Source of the DNA: Candidatus Parcubacteria bacterium
GTDB taxonomy: Bacteria; Patescibacteriota; Patescibacteriia; CAIXNZ01
Reading direction: 5' to 3'
NCBI GenBank assembly: GCA_026395685.1
Contig: JAPLYG010000009.1
Span: forward strand, 17,519-81,518
DNA length: 64,000 bases
This document shows, in pieces, positions 48,455 through 57,289 of this stretch (its first letter is position 1; the number at the start of each line of letters is the position of its first letter). Position numbers and translations under genes: made by a program. The notes under the pieces are model-generated. The model made no database searches. It worked only from the letters and a program-made list of their open reading frames with translations, and was not told the origin of the DNA.

Positions 48455-48483
48455 TTGACAATGTTGACAATTTATGATAAATT
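48455..48483 (+). promoter_or_regulatory. tandem TTGACA -35 boxes plus TGATAAAT -10-like element; AAGGAGG SD at 48504-48510
   Basis: gtgaTTGACAatgTTGACAatttaTGATAAATt ... aAAGGAGGactttccATG. Confidence 0.4.
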
Positions 48484-48518
48484 AAGTAAACAGTTTATTT
48501 GAAAAAGGAGGACTTTCC

Positions 48519-49781
48519 ATGGATAATAACGGGAGTTTTTACCAGCAAGCCCAACGGCTGCAAGATGCGGCTTATGATGTCCGCAACCCCAAGATTCGGG
48601 AAGCCAGATTGATCATTGAACAGACCATTAAAGAAGAACTGCGGACTAAACCCAGGGAAGAAATCAAACAACTGCATTCCTGGAATATCGGCAACCCGCC
48701 TTATTTTGGCATCCAGCCGCCGGAAGAAATCAATCATTTGCTGCAGCAGATCCAGATCCAGTATGGCTATTCCCCGGCTCAGGGATTGGAACAGGCTATT
48801 GAGTCCATTTTCGCCTACCATCAGTCGCAAAAATTTATCAATCTCAAAAGAGAAAATATTTTCGGCACTGATGGCGTAAGTGAAGGCATTCGCCTTGTTA
48901 CTACGGCAACGCTTAATCCCGGGGACGAAATACTCCTGCCTACGCCCAATTATCCCCTTTGGCGCCTGTTTGTGCAGCAAGCCGGAGCCATTCCGGTTCA
49001 CTACCAGTGTGATGAAAAATCCTGCTGGTATCCGGATCTTGCCGATATCATCAGGAAAATCAGCGGCCGGACAAAAGCAATCTTGCTGATCAATCCCAAT
49101 AATCCGACCGGCGCAATTTATTCCCTGGAAATTTTGCAGCAGATTATCAGTATTGCTCGCGAGCACCGGCTAATCATCTTTGCTGATGAAGTCTATAACG
49201 AAGTGCTTTACGGCCAAGCCAAGCACATTCCGATTGCCTCGATTTCTGACGAGGTGCTGATTTTCACGCTTAATGGCCTGTCTAAAAACAGGCTCATGCC
49301 CGGCATTCGTTCCGGCTGGATTGCCATTAGCGGACCGACGCATCAGGCGCGTGACTTGATTAACGGCATTAACCTGCTTGTTAATGCCAGGCTGTGCCCG
49401 AATATCTACGGCCAATTGGCCATTCCCCTGATCCTCCCCCGCGCTGACTACCTCCGGCCGCTTTTAGTGCCTGGGGGACGATTCTTTGACCAGATTGAAG
49501 CAGCCAGCCAGGCAATCAATCAGTGCGAGGAGCTGTCTTGCGTCAAAGCTGATGCAACTATGTACCTTTACGTAAAGATCAACAGCCCGAATCACATTGC
49601 CAATGACGAGAAGTTCATTCTGGACCTGCTCAATGCTGAACGAGTTCAGCTTGTGCAGGGTACCGGCTTTGACGACAAAAATCTACCGCGGCATATCCGC
49701 ATTGTCTGTCTGGCGCCGGTGGCTGAACTGACCGAGGGCATCGGACGCATTATTAGGTTTCTGCAGAACTACAAAAACTAA
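48519..49781 (+). CDS. PLP-dependent class I/II aminotransferase (AlaA/AspC-like)
   Basis: LSKNRLMPGIRSGW lysine region; visibly higher GC than neighbours; the antisense ORF 48495-49166 looks spurious. Confidence 0.85.
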   Translation: MDNNGSFYQQAQRLQDAAYDVRNPKIREARLIIEQTIKEELRTKPREEIKQLHSWNIGNPPYFGIQPPEEINHLLQQIQIQYGYSPAQGLEQAIESIFAYHQSQKFINLKRENIFGTDGVSEGIRLVTTATLNPGDEILLPTPNYPLWRLFVQQAGAIPVHYQCDEKSCWYPDLADIIRKISGRTKAILLINPNNPTGAIYSLEILQQIISIAREHRLIIFADEVYNEVLYGQAKHIPIASISDEVLIFTLNGLSKNRLMPGIRSGWIAISGPTHQARDLINGINLLVNARLCPNIYGQLAIPLILPRADYLRPLLVPGGRFFDQIEAASQAINQCEELSCVKADATMYLYVKINSPNHIANDEKFILDLLNAERVQLVQGTGFDDKNLPRHIRIVCLAPVAELTEGIGRIIRFLQNYKN

Positions 49782-49792
49782 AAGAACACAAA

Positions 49793-49828
49793 AACCCCCT
49801 GAGCCAAATGGTTCAGGGGGCTTTTTCT
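49793..49828 (+). terminator. rho-independent terminator
   Basis: cccccTGAGCCAAATGGTTCAggggg followed by CTTTTTC. Confidence 0.8.
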
Positions 49829-49831
49829 TGT

Positions 49832-51253
49832 CTATTTTTCCAATTTATCATTAAAGTAGCTGCCTAAATCTGAAATTTTAATTCTTTCCTGTTTCATGGA
49901 ATCACGATCTCTGACCGTTACGCTATCATCTTTTTCCAGAGTTTCAAAGTCAACTGTAACGCAATAAGGCGTACCTATTTCATCCTGACGGCGGTAACGC
50001 TTGCCAATATTGCCGTTATCATCAAATTCGCACATATAACTCTGTCTTAAAATCTCATATATTTCTTTGGCTTTGGCGACTAACTGCGGCTTATTCTTTA
50101 ATAAAGGGAATATCGCAATTTTCACAGGAGCCAGACGCTTATCAATTTTCAAAACAACCCGCTGTTCACCTGCAACTTCTTCCTCAGTATAAGCACTATC
50201 CAAGAACATCAGCAATAAACGATTTAAGCCCACAGAGGTTTCCATAATATGAGGGAAAAAGCGTTCTTTGCTTTCCTCGTCAAAATATGTCAAATCAACA
50301 CCGGAATATTTCGCGTGTTGTGATAAATCCCAATCTCCCCTGGCGTGAATGCCTTCAATTTCCTTAAAGCCGCCCAAAGATTGAAAATTAAATTCAATAT
50401 CATAAGCATCGCTGGCATAATGAGCTAATTTCTCATGCTTATACCATTGAATCTTTTTTTCCGGAATACCATATTCCAAAAACCAATTCCAACGAATCTG
50501 CTTCCACTTCTCATATGTTTCTTTCATCTGCCCCGGCTTCAAGAAATATTGCATTTCCATTTGTTCAAATTCCCTGGTGCGAAAAATAAACTGACGGGCC
50601 ACAATCTCATTGCGAAAAGCCTTGCCGACCTGGGCAATGCCAAAAGGCAATTTGGGATGAAGGGTATCAACCGTATTTTTATATTCCAAATAAATGCCGC
50701 CGCAACTTTCCGGCCTTAAATATATAACATTCTCCTCAGTCAAAGCTTCAGTCGGCGAACCAAGATTGGATTTAACCATCAGGGAAAAAACTTTTGCTTC
50801 GGTTAACTCTTTGGAACCGCACACCGGACATTTCAATTTGCCGCTATTCCTGATTTCATCCAAACCCTTATTAATTTCTTCAATTGACGCCTTATCCATA
50901 TTAATTCCAAACTCTTCCAGCAAATGATCAGCCCGGAAGCGATTTTTGCATTTTTTACAATCAACCTGCGGATCATTAAAACCCGCGACATGACCGCTTG
51001 CCACCCAAGTCTGAGGGTGCATAAAAATAGCGCTATCCATGCCCAGCACATCGTCCCGCAATTGCACCATATGCCGCCACCAGGCATCACGGATATTATT
51101 TTTTAATAAAACCCCGTAATGGCCGTAATCATAGATTGCCTGAAGTCCGCCGTAAATTTCCGAGGAAGGAAAAACAAAACCCCGGCGCTTGCAGAATGAC
51201 ACGAGCTTTTCAATAGAGTTAGCTTCGCTTTTGGATTTTTCGTTTTTGGACAT
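49832..51253 (-). CDS. glyQS: glycine--tRNA ligase (alpha2 dimeric GlyQS type)
   Basis: N-terminal CKRRGFVFPSSEIYGGL, class II motifs, C-terminal anticodon-binding domain. Confidence 0.9.
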   Translation of the reverse strand: MSKNEKSKSEANSIEKLVSFCKRRGFVFPSSEIYGGLQAIYDYGHYGVLLKNNIRDAWWRHMVQLRDDVLGMDSAIFMHPQTWVASGHVAGFNDPQVDCKKCKNRFRADHLLEEFGINMDKASIEEINKGLDEIRNSGKLKCPVCGSKELTEAKVFSLMVKSNLGSPTEALTEENVIYLRPESCGGIYLEYKNTVDTLHPKLPFGIAQVGKAFRNEIVARQFIFRTREFEQMEMQYFLKPGQMKETYEKWKQIRWNWFLEYGIPEKKIQWYKHEKLAHYASDAYDIEFNFQSLGGFKEIEGIHARGDWDLSQHAKYSGVDLTYFDEESKERFFPHIMETSVGLNRLLLMFLDSAYTEEEVAGEQRVVLKIDKRLAPVKIAIFPLLKNKPQLVAKAKEIYEILRQSYMCEFDDNGNIGKRYRRQDEIGTPYCVTVDFETLEKDDSVTVRDRDSMKQERIKISDLGSYFNDKLEK

Positions 51254-51360
51254 AAAATAAATTTAATAATCAATAATCAATCATCAATAACCATACAATT
51301 GCTAAATCCAAAATAGGATATTAGTAATTAATTATTAATGGCTGATGATTAAATAAAAAA
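51254..51360. repeat. family A repeat, partial copy
   Basis: aaataatcaataatcaatcatcaataacca ... taattattaatggctgatgattaaata. Confidence 0.4.
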
Positions 51361-51636
51361 TGGATCTCAAAATGATAAACCAAAAAAGCTATCATCCTGG
51401 GACCCATTTTTTTAATTAAGGGCGGTTCCACCCAAGTTGTCTCCATTGCCAAGGCTACGAAGACCTCTTTATTGCCTACAGCTCCCAGGGAGCCAAACCC
51501 CTGATCATCGCCGTGTCTGCTCTTATATTGTAATAAATCTTTAAACGTTTTGCAATTTACGTACTTTTATTTCCAAATCCGCCAGTTGTTTTTTTAAAAT
51601 TTCAATATCCCTATAGGCGGCTGATATATCCTCATC

Positions 51637-51843
51637 CTATGCCTTTCCTATACTATCCAGTCTTTGGCTGATTATTTTTAACTCAACCCTAATATCTGCC
51701 AACTCTTGTTTAATTGGCTCTAATTTTTCAGTCAGCTTGGAATCCAGCGCTGAATTAATAATTATTTCTATTTGTTTTAAATCCTCTTGTTCTAGCATAA
51801 AATTGCGTATTTTTATTATAGCAATAATATTTTTTTTAAACAA
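51637..51843 (-). CDS. small coiled-coil protein; in-frame TAG followed by 31 further coiled-coil-like codons (51544-51636)
   Basis: Hand translation after the stop reads DEDISAAYRDIEILKKQLADLEIKVRKLQNV*. Confidence 0.4.
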   Translation of the reverse strand: MFKKNIIAIIKIRNFMLEQEDLKQIEIIINSALDSKLTEKLEPIKQELADIRVELKIISQRLDSIGKA

Positions 51844-51853
51844 CTGACCTCAA

Positions 51854-52417
51854 TTAAATCATCTTTATCTCTGTTTCCTTTTCCTCGGCAATCTCGTCTG
51901 CTTTTTTATTCAATTCCGAGACATAATTATCCAAATCAGCCAGATACTGATAACGGTCATCCTGAGTAATATCCTTGTCCTTTTCTGCTTTTAATATTGC
52001 CTCCTTTGTTTTATCGCGAATCTGGCGAATGCCTATTTTTGCCGCTTCCAATTTTTGGCCTGAGACCTTGATTAATTCTTTGCGATTTTCTTCAGTCATC
52101 ATCGGCACCTTGGCAATTATCTTGCTGCCGGCATTTACCACTGACAGCCCCAGATTAGACGCGATTAATGACTTTTCAATTTCTTTAACAATGCTTTTAT
52201 CCCAGGGTTCAATGCTGATTGCTCTTGATTCCGGAATACTGATTGAAGCCAATTGCTTCAAGACCTGCCGGCTGCCGTAAGCTTCCACTAGAATATTCTC
52301 AACCAAAGCAGACTGGGCGCGCCCGGTCCGCAAAGTTCCCAGTTCTTTTTTCAGATGAACCAGCGAATTTTCAAATTCTTCTTTATTTTGTTTGATGTAA
52401 TTGTTTAATTCTGGCAT
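51854..52417 (-). CDS. frr: ribosome recycling factor
   Basis: Conserved RRF core (LRTGRAQSALVENILVEAYG ... PMMTEENRKELIK). Confidence 0.9.
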   Translation of the reverse strand: MPELNNYIKQNKEEFENSLVHLKKELGTLRTGRAQSALVENILVEAYGSRQVLKQLASISIPESRAISIEPWDKSIVKEIEKSLIASNLGLSVVNAGSKIIAKVPMMTEENRKELIKVSGQKLEAAKIGIRQIRDKTKEAILKAEKDKDITQDDRYQYLADLDNYVSELNKKADEIAEEKETEIKMI

Positions 52418-52449
52418 AATTTTATGTTGGGTTATTAACCGAGTATTAA

Positions 52450-53547
52450 TTATTTCTCGGGGATCTTCTTTGCTCCCAAATAGATATTTTTAGTATTTTT
52501 CGGATCGACCAATAAAAAATTTACATAACCGACATTGGGCGCTTTTTGAGTTGACCAGGTACTGCCCCCGTCTGCAGATTTATATACGGTTGAATCCGTA
52601 CCATAATAAATTAAATTGCCATTTGTCGGATCGACAGCGAGTGAATATATATTCTTGCCGCCGACAGTGGTGACTAAATTAATTGGTTTCCAGGTCTGCG
52701 CGCCGTCAATTGTCCTTAAAAGGCCATAGTCGGAAACATAAATAAAAGCATTAGAAGCTGAAAGGTCCTGAACCATTAAACGCGCATTCTTAAAATTCTT
52801 ATAAAGCTTGGCTCCGTCTTTATTTATCGACTCGGTTTTTTTATCAGTATCACTCCAGGTTACACCCCCGTCAATTGACTTGGCAATACCGGCTTTTTCA
52901 ATCAACAAGTAAATATTTCTGGTATCTTCAGCATTTAAAAGTATTTGCTTAATGGCATTGCCCGAACCTCTAATTAATGTCCAAGTCCCCCCGAAATTCT
53001 CACTTTTTCTTAATTCGCCGCCGCTATTGGCAAAATATACCAGATTCTGATTACCTGCATAGCGATCTGTTTCAATATCTGTAATCTTTATTGCCCTGGA
53101 ATCATTATAGATGGTGGTAAAAGTACGTCCGCAGTCAGTACTTTTGGACAGATTAGCGCCGACTGTAATATAGAGAGTGCATTTATCCTGATAATCAATA
53201 GCAATATCGGCAATATTATCATTTTCAAAAAATTTTGATTTCATCCAGCTGTTGCCGGCGTCATTGGAATAATACCACCCCTGTTCCGAAGCCAAATAAA
53301 CCGTGTTATTATCTGACGGATCCAAAATAAGACGATTTACACTGACATTCACCAAAGGTATAACTTTACCCTGGGTATTTAATAGACTGCCTTTTAATTT
53401 CCAGGTTACAGCATTATCTTCTGATTTAAAAACCCCGATATACCCCTTTGGTGTCTTGGAAGAATCTTTGACACTGATACAGCCGCTTAATGATACGGCT
53501 AAAATTGCCAGACAAAAAATAAAAATTATTTTTTGGAATTTCCCCAT
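52450..53547 (-). CDS. BNR/Asp-box repeat beta-propeller lipoprotein (Ycf48/sialidase-like)
   Basis: Lipobox-like LSGC; at least seven S-x-D-x-G-x-T-W/F Asp-box repeats. Confidence 0.7.
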   Translation of the reverse strand: MGKFQKIIFIFCLAILAVSLSGCISVKDSSKTPKGYIGVFKSEDNAVTWKLKGSLLNTQGKVIPLVNVSVNRLILDPSDNNTVYLASEQGWYYSNDAGNSWMKSKFFENDNIADIAIDYQDKCTLYITVGANLSKSTDCGRTFTTIYNDSRAIKITDIETDRYAGNQNLVYFANSGGELRKSENFGGTWTLIRGSGNAIKQILLNAEDTRNIYLLIEKAGIAKSIDGGVTWSDTDKKTESINKDGAKLYKNFKNARLMVQDLSASNAFIYVSDYGLLRTIDGAQTWKPINLVTTVGGKNIYSLAVDPTNGNLIYYGTDSTVYKSADGGSTWSTQKAPNVGYVNFLLVDPKNTKNIYLGAKKIPEK

Positions 53548-53551
53548 AAAA

Positions 53552-54622
53552 TTACAAATTTATTAATAAATTTTCCGCTGCTAAACGCGGATTAATATTA
53601 TAAGTTAAATATTTTTTCAGCAAATTAACCTGGGCAAAAAGATCCAGCAGCTTATTAAAGTCATAGCGCAAAGAAACTTTTTTAAGCTGGGGCAAATAAT
53701 GCAGATTTATAATTAAATTATCGAGATTCTGGCGGGCAGCCAATAAATCATGAAGAATCAACTGCCAATTATCCAATTCTCCGGCCAGAATATTTGCCGA
53801 TTCCTTGGGATTTTTGGTTTGAGCAAAAACCTGTTCAATATTTTTAAAGCGGGAAACCAAATCCTGATCAAATAAGGAGACCAGCCGGTCCATCTGCTCT
53901 AAATATTCATCAAAAAAATCAGGATGCTGAAAATAGCTGATGGCTAGGCCGATTTGTCCCCTTGCCAGGGCAGTGAACTTTTCAGCCTGGCTGCGGCTCG
54001 AGCCCAAAGAAACTAAGTGATGAAAAATTTCATCGGCTGCCAACGGCTGAAATTTAATCAATTGACAGCGGGAAGCAATGGTCGGCAGGATTAAATTGGA
54101 ATCAGTGGTAATCAAAATTAATATTGTTTTCGGGCCAGGCTCCTCTAATATTTTCAATAACGCATTTTGGGCGCTTTCACTCAAGTCCTGGGCATTTTCA
54201 ACCAGCGCAAATTTGTAGGAGTTTAAAAACGAAGTCAGGTTTAAGAATTTATGCATTTCCCTTACCTGTTCCACACTGATATTTTTCTTATCTTCTTCCT
54301 TTTTTAAAATATAAATATCAGGATGAATATTTTTTTTTGCCTGTTGGCAGAAAGCGCATTGTCCGCAGGGGCTACTCTGCAAAGGCAACTTATTTTGCTG
54401 ATGGAAATCTTGGCATAAAATTGAGCTGATAAGCTTTTGCCCCACCAGTGATCTGCCTAAATGTTCCAAGCCAGAAAACAAGTAAGCATGGGCCAGTTTA
54501 TTGTTATTAAGGCTTTTTTGCAAATATTGCTGTATTTTTGAGTGGCCGACAACCTGCCAATTATAATTATTCATGACTTTATTATAGCTTAATCGCCGGT
54601 CTTCGTAAAGGCTTAAAAACAA
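53552..54622 (-). CDS. holB: DNA polymerase III delta-prime subunit (HolB)
   Basis: AAA+ fold with degenerate Walker A, zinc module CGQCAFCQ, Walker B-like ILIITT. Confidence 0.8.
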   Translation of the reverse strand: MFLSLYEDRRLSYNKVMNNYNWQVVGHSKIQQYLQKSLNNNKLAHAYLFSGLEHLGRSLVGQKLISSILCQDFHQQNKLPLQSSPCGQCAFCQQAKKNIHPDIYILKKEEDKKNISVEQVREMHKFLNLTSFLNSYKFALVENAQDLSESAQNALLKILEEPGPKTILILITTDSNLILPTIASRCQLIKFQPLAADEIFHHLVSLGSSRSQAEKFTALARGQIGLAISYFQHPDFFDEYLEQMDRLVSLFDQDLVSRFKNIEQVFAQTKNPKESANILAGELDNWQLILHDLLAARQNLDNLIINLHYLPQLKKVSLRYDFNKLLDLFAQVNLLKKYLTYNINPRLAAENLLINL

Positions 54623-54772
54623 GGCTAAAGGCTTAAGACTAAAGGCTAAAGGCTAAAGTTTAAAGGCTAAAGTATGGTAATTACAAATTTTCCTAAATTT
54701 AGACTTAACAAAAAAAACGCCCTAAATTAGGGCTTAATGAGTTCTAAGTTAATTATTTTATATAAAACCGAA

Positions 54773-55189
54773 TTATTTAGATTCCTGCTCCTTAATATAT
54801 CTTCTAATTCTATTAATCTCAAATCCCACAGTAGAAACAGCATAGCCCCTGGCCCAGAAATGTTCGCCGATAAAATTCCTTTCCTTGCCGCAAAACTGCC
54901 TGGCAATCAAAATAGCGCTTTTGCCTTTCAAATACCCGACAATTGAGGCCACCGCATACTTGGGCGGTATTTCAATGCACATATGCACATGATCCGGCAT
55001 AATATGGCCTTCAATTATCCTGCAACCTTTATATTTAGCCAATTCATGGAATATCCCGCCAAGCTGGAGCTTAATTTTTCCATAGAGAATGCTTTTGCGC
55101 CGTTGAGGAATAAAAATCAGATGATAAACGCAATCCCACCTGCTGTGGCACAAGCTTTGATAATTATGCATGTGATAATTTCCCTTCAC
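54773..55189 (-). mobile_element. tnpA: IS200/IS605-family transposase TnpA (HUH Y1), no tnpB
   Basis: 138 aa; HUH motif HVHM and catalytic Tyr region YAVSTVG; hairpin terminators on both flanks. Confidence 0.85.
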
Positions 55190-55280
55190 TCATCAAGCCT
55201 GAAGGAATTATAACCGATTTCTATGCATTAATTCAAAAAAACGCTGTCAAGCGTTTTTCAGAAGATATCTTATCAATATA

Positions 55281-55586
55281 TTAAGCATTCAGCTTCAAAT
55301 GATCTAGAACCTTTTTTAATGAAGACTCCAAACGGTCATATTTTGAGCGCAATGAAACCAATTCCAAGTCTAACTTTTGATGCAATCCGATAAATGAATC
55401 AATATGGGTTATTGTCTCATCTTTATTTTCCCTCATTTCATCCCTAACCTCTTTTAATTCTCCCCTTATTTCTCTAATATCATCCTTGGAAGCAAAATTC
55501 TTCAGATCATCCTTCGTCGGCGCAGTATCTTTAATAAAAGAGACTATCTCTAAAATATCGTTTAAATTTTTATCTTGATTATTCAT
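55281..55586 (-). CDS. hypothetical coiled-coil protein
   Basis: 101-aa charged ORF. Confidence 0.4.
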   Translation of the reverse strand: MNNQDKNLNDILEIVSFIKDTAPTKDDLKNFASKDDIREIRGELKEVRDEMRENKDETITHIDSFIGLHQKLDLELVSLRSKYDRLESSLKKVLDHLKLNA

Positions 55587-55728
55587 AAATTCAATATTAT
55601 TTTGTGTCTTTATTATAGCTTTATTGACGCTTCCCTGTCAAATACAAACTTTAAGCGATAATTACCGCCCAAAGGAACGCTCAAAGCTTATCAAGTCTCC
55701 CCAGCTAAAGCTGGGGGTTTTCCTATTT

Positions 55729-56556
55729 TTAATAAGCACCATAGGTTTCCAAGTCCATATTCCCGTTGTTGTCGTAGCTGACATCCACGCCTAAATCAGT
55801 GAAGTCCGTGACGGCATGTGGATTTGCGTACAAACTTCCTGTATTGCCATTATATTCATAATCCCCGACATCCGATTTATTCAGGATATTTCCGAGACTG
55901 TCATAGTTGTAAGTTTGCGTATAATCATCCTCCGTCGCCGAATCCGTTATCGTCGCGCCTGTCAGACGATACAAGTCATCATAAGCATAGGCGGCATTTT
56001 TTCGGGTATTTGTTTCAGATTGATCAATAATGCCAGTAATATTTCCAACATCGTCGTAAGTATATGCCAAATCCTGTATTCTCTTTCCGGCCATGACAAA
56101 ATAATCGTTTCCATTAGTCCATTCTCCTTCATTGTCCGACTCATCCCATAACTTAATTCTCCAATTATATTTCATCCCATTCAAAGCCAGCGGATCACCG
56201 CCATAAGAAATGTCTTCAGTGCGGTCGCCTTCAAGCACAGAGGTGGCAAAGGCGGTTTTTTCGCTATCCCAAAGAGGATCATTCCAATCGCCATCGTAAG
56301 GAATAACCTGTATTTGATAATAGTCGGCGTAATCCCCTGTATCAGGATCATCATAAATCGCTGAAAATTCAGGCGTAGTGTCAGAAATTTTGGTCGCCTG
56401 CTGCGGCCAGAGGCGCACCTGGTCCAGCTTAATCCAGCTTGTTTCCTCACCCAAATAGAAAATCAAACGAGCGTCGGATTCAGTCACATTCGGAGTCAGC
56501 TCAATCTGGAATTTGGCAAATTCGCTGATTGAATTGCATGCGGAATCAATTTTCAT
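55729..56556 (-). pseudogene. orphan 5'- and 3'-truncated near-duplicate of an internal segment (CBM end + YD repeats) of the giant toxin gene
   Basis: Protein nearly identical to the giant protein from ...EFAKFQIELTPNVTESDARLIFYLGEETSWIKLDQVRLWPQQATKISDTTPE to ...VSYDNNGNMD; DNA near-identical by eye to ~58510-59300. Confidence 0.75.
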
Positions 56557-56697
56557 AAATACTAATTCTCAAATGGACTACTTTAATTAATGACTTCATA
56601 GCCAAAATTAGGGTTAGTTTTCTTTAGCTCATTCAAAAAATCAAAAAATTATCTATATATTTTTTAAATACCAAATTTTGAATCTTTTTATAATTTT

Positions 56698-56868
56698 TCA
56701 ATTCGAAAAATACATTTTCATCGCTATAACTATATGCATCAAAAAAGCATCCAAGTTTTTGCCATAACCAATTATCAAGCTGGATAAATTCAATTTTCTT
56801 TCCAAGTAACTATTTAATTCGACGGCTGTATTAATTTTACCAAAATCAAAAATAATAGTTTTTTTCAT
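56698..56868 (-). CDS. unannotated 56-aa ORF (MKKTIIFDFGKINTAVELNSYLERKLNLSSLIIGYGKNLDAFLMHIVIAMKMYFSN)
   Basis: Hand translation; below ORF-track cutoff; sits between the immunity candidate and the orphan fragment. Confidence 0.25.
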   Translation of the reverse strand: MKKTIIFDFGKINTAVELNSYLERKLNLSSLIIGYGKNLDAFLMHIVIAMKMYFSN

Positions 56869-56897
56869 AAATTTCTACTTAATTCTTTCCAGATTGA

Positions 56898-57272
56898 CTA
56901 GTATAAACAATATTCCTTTGTTTCATAATAAGGCAGCTCCTTTATCGGAGCCCCCGGTAAAATTCTATCAACATAAGCATTATTAAATTTAACAAGCTCG
57001 GCTTTGAATATTTTATTGTCCTTTATATAAACTAAACCTTCAGAAAAGTCGTTTGTTCTAAAGAATAAAATTACTCCGCCTCTATATTCGCAGGTAATTA
57101 TTTCATTGGACTCCGCAAAATTGATAGCGCCAACCCTTCCTTTAAAATAATTAATCGCCGCTGGCGAATCGACTTTATGCATAGTGTTATAATCCCAAAA
57201 CCATATTAAATAAATGATTGCCAAAAGCAGGGAAATACTTATGAGGATTATTTTTCGATACTTTTTATTCAT
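56898..57272 (-). CDS. putative cognate immunity protein (N-terminal TM anchor, 124 aa)
   Basis: Starts 18 nt after the stop of the toxin gene, co-oriented; no known domain. Confidence 0.45.
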   Translation of the reverse strand: MNKKYRKIILISISLLLAIIYLIWFWDYNTMHKVDSPAAINYFKGRVGAINFAESNEIITCEYRGGVILFFRTNDFSEGLVYIKDNKIFKAELVKFNNAYVDRILPGAPIKELPYYETKEYCLY

Positions 57273-57289
57273 AATTTTTATATATTAAA

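Noticed and set aside
48495-49166. 223-aa minus-strand ORF antisense to the aminotransferase
   Set aside because: The aminotransferase on the plus strand has clear PLP-enzyme motifs; the antisense frame is an artefact of GC-rich sequence.
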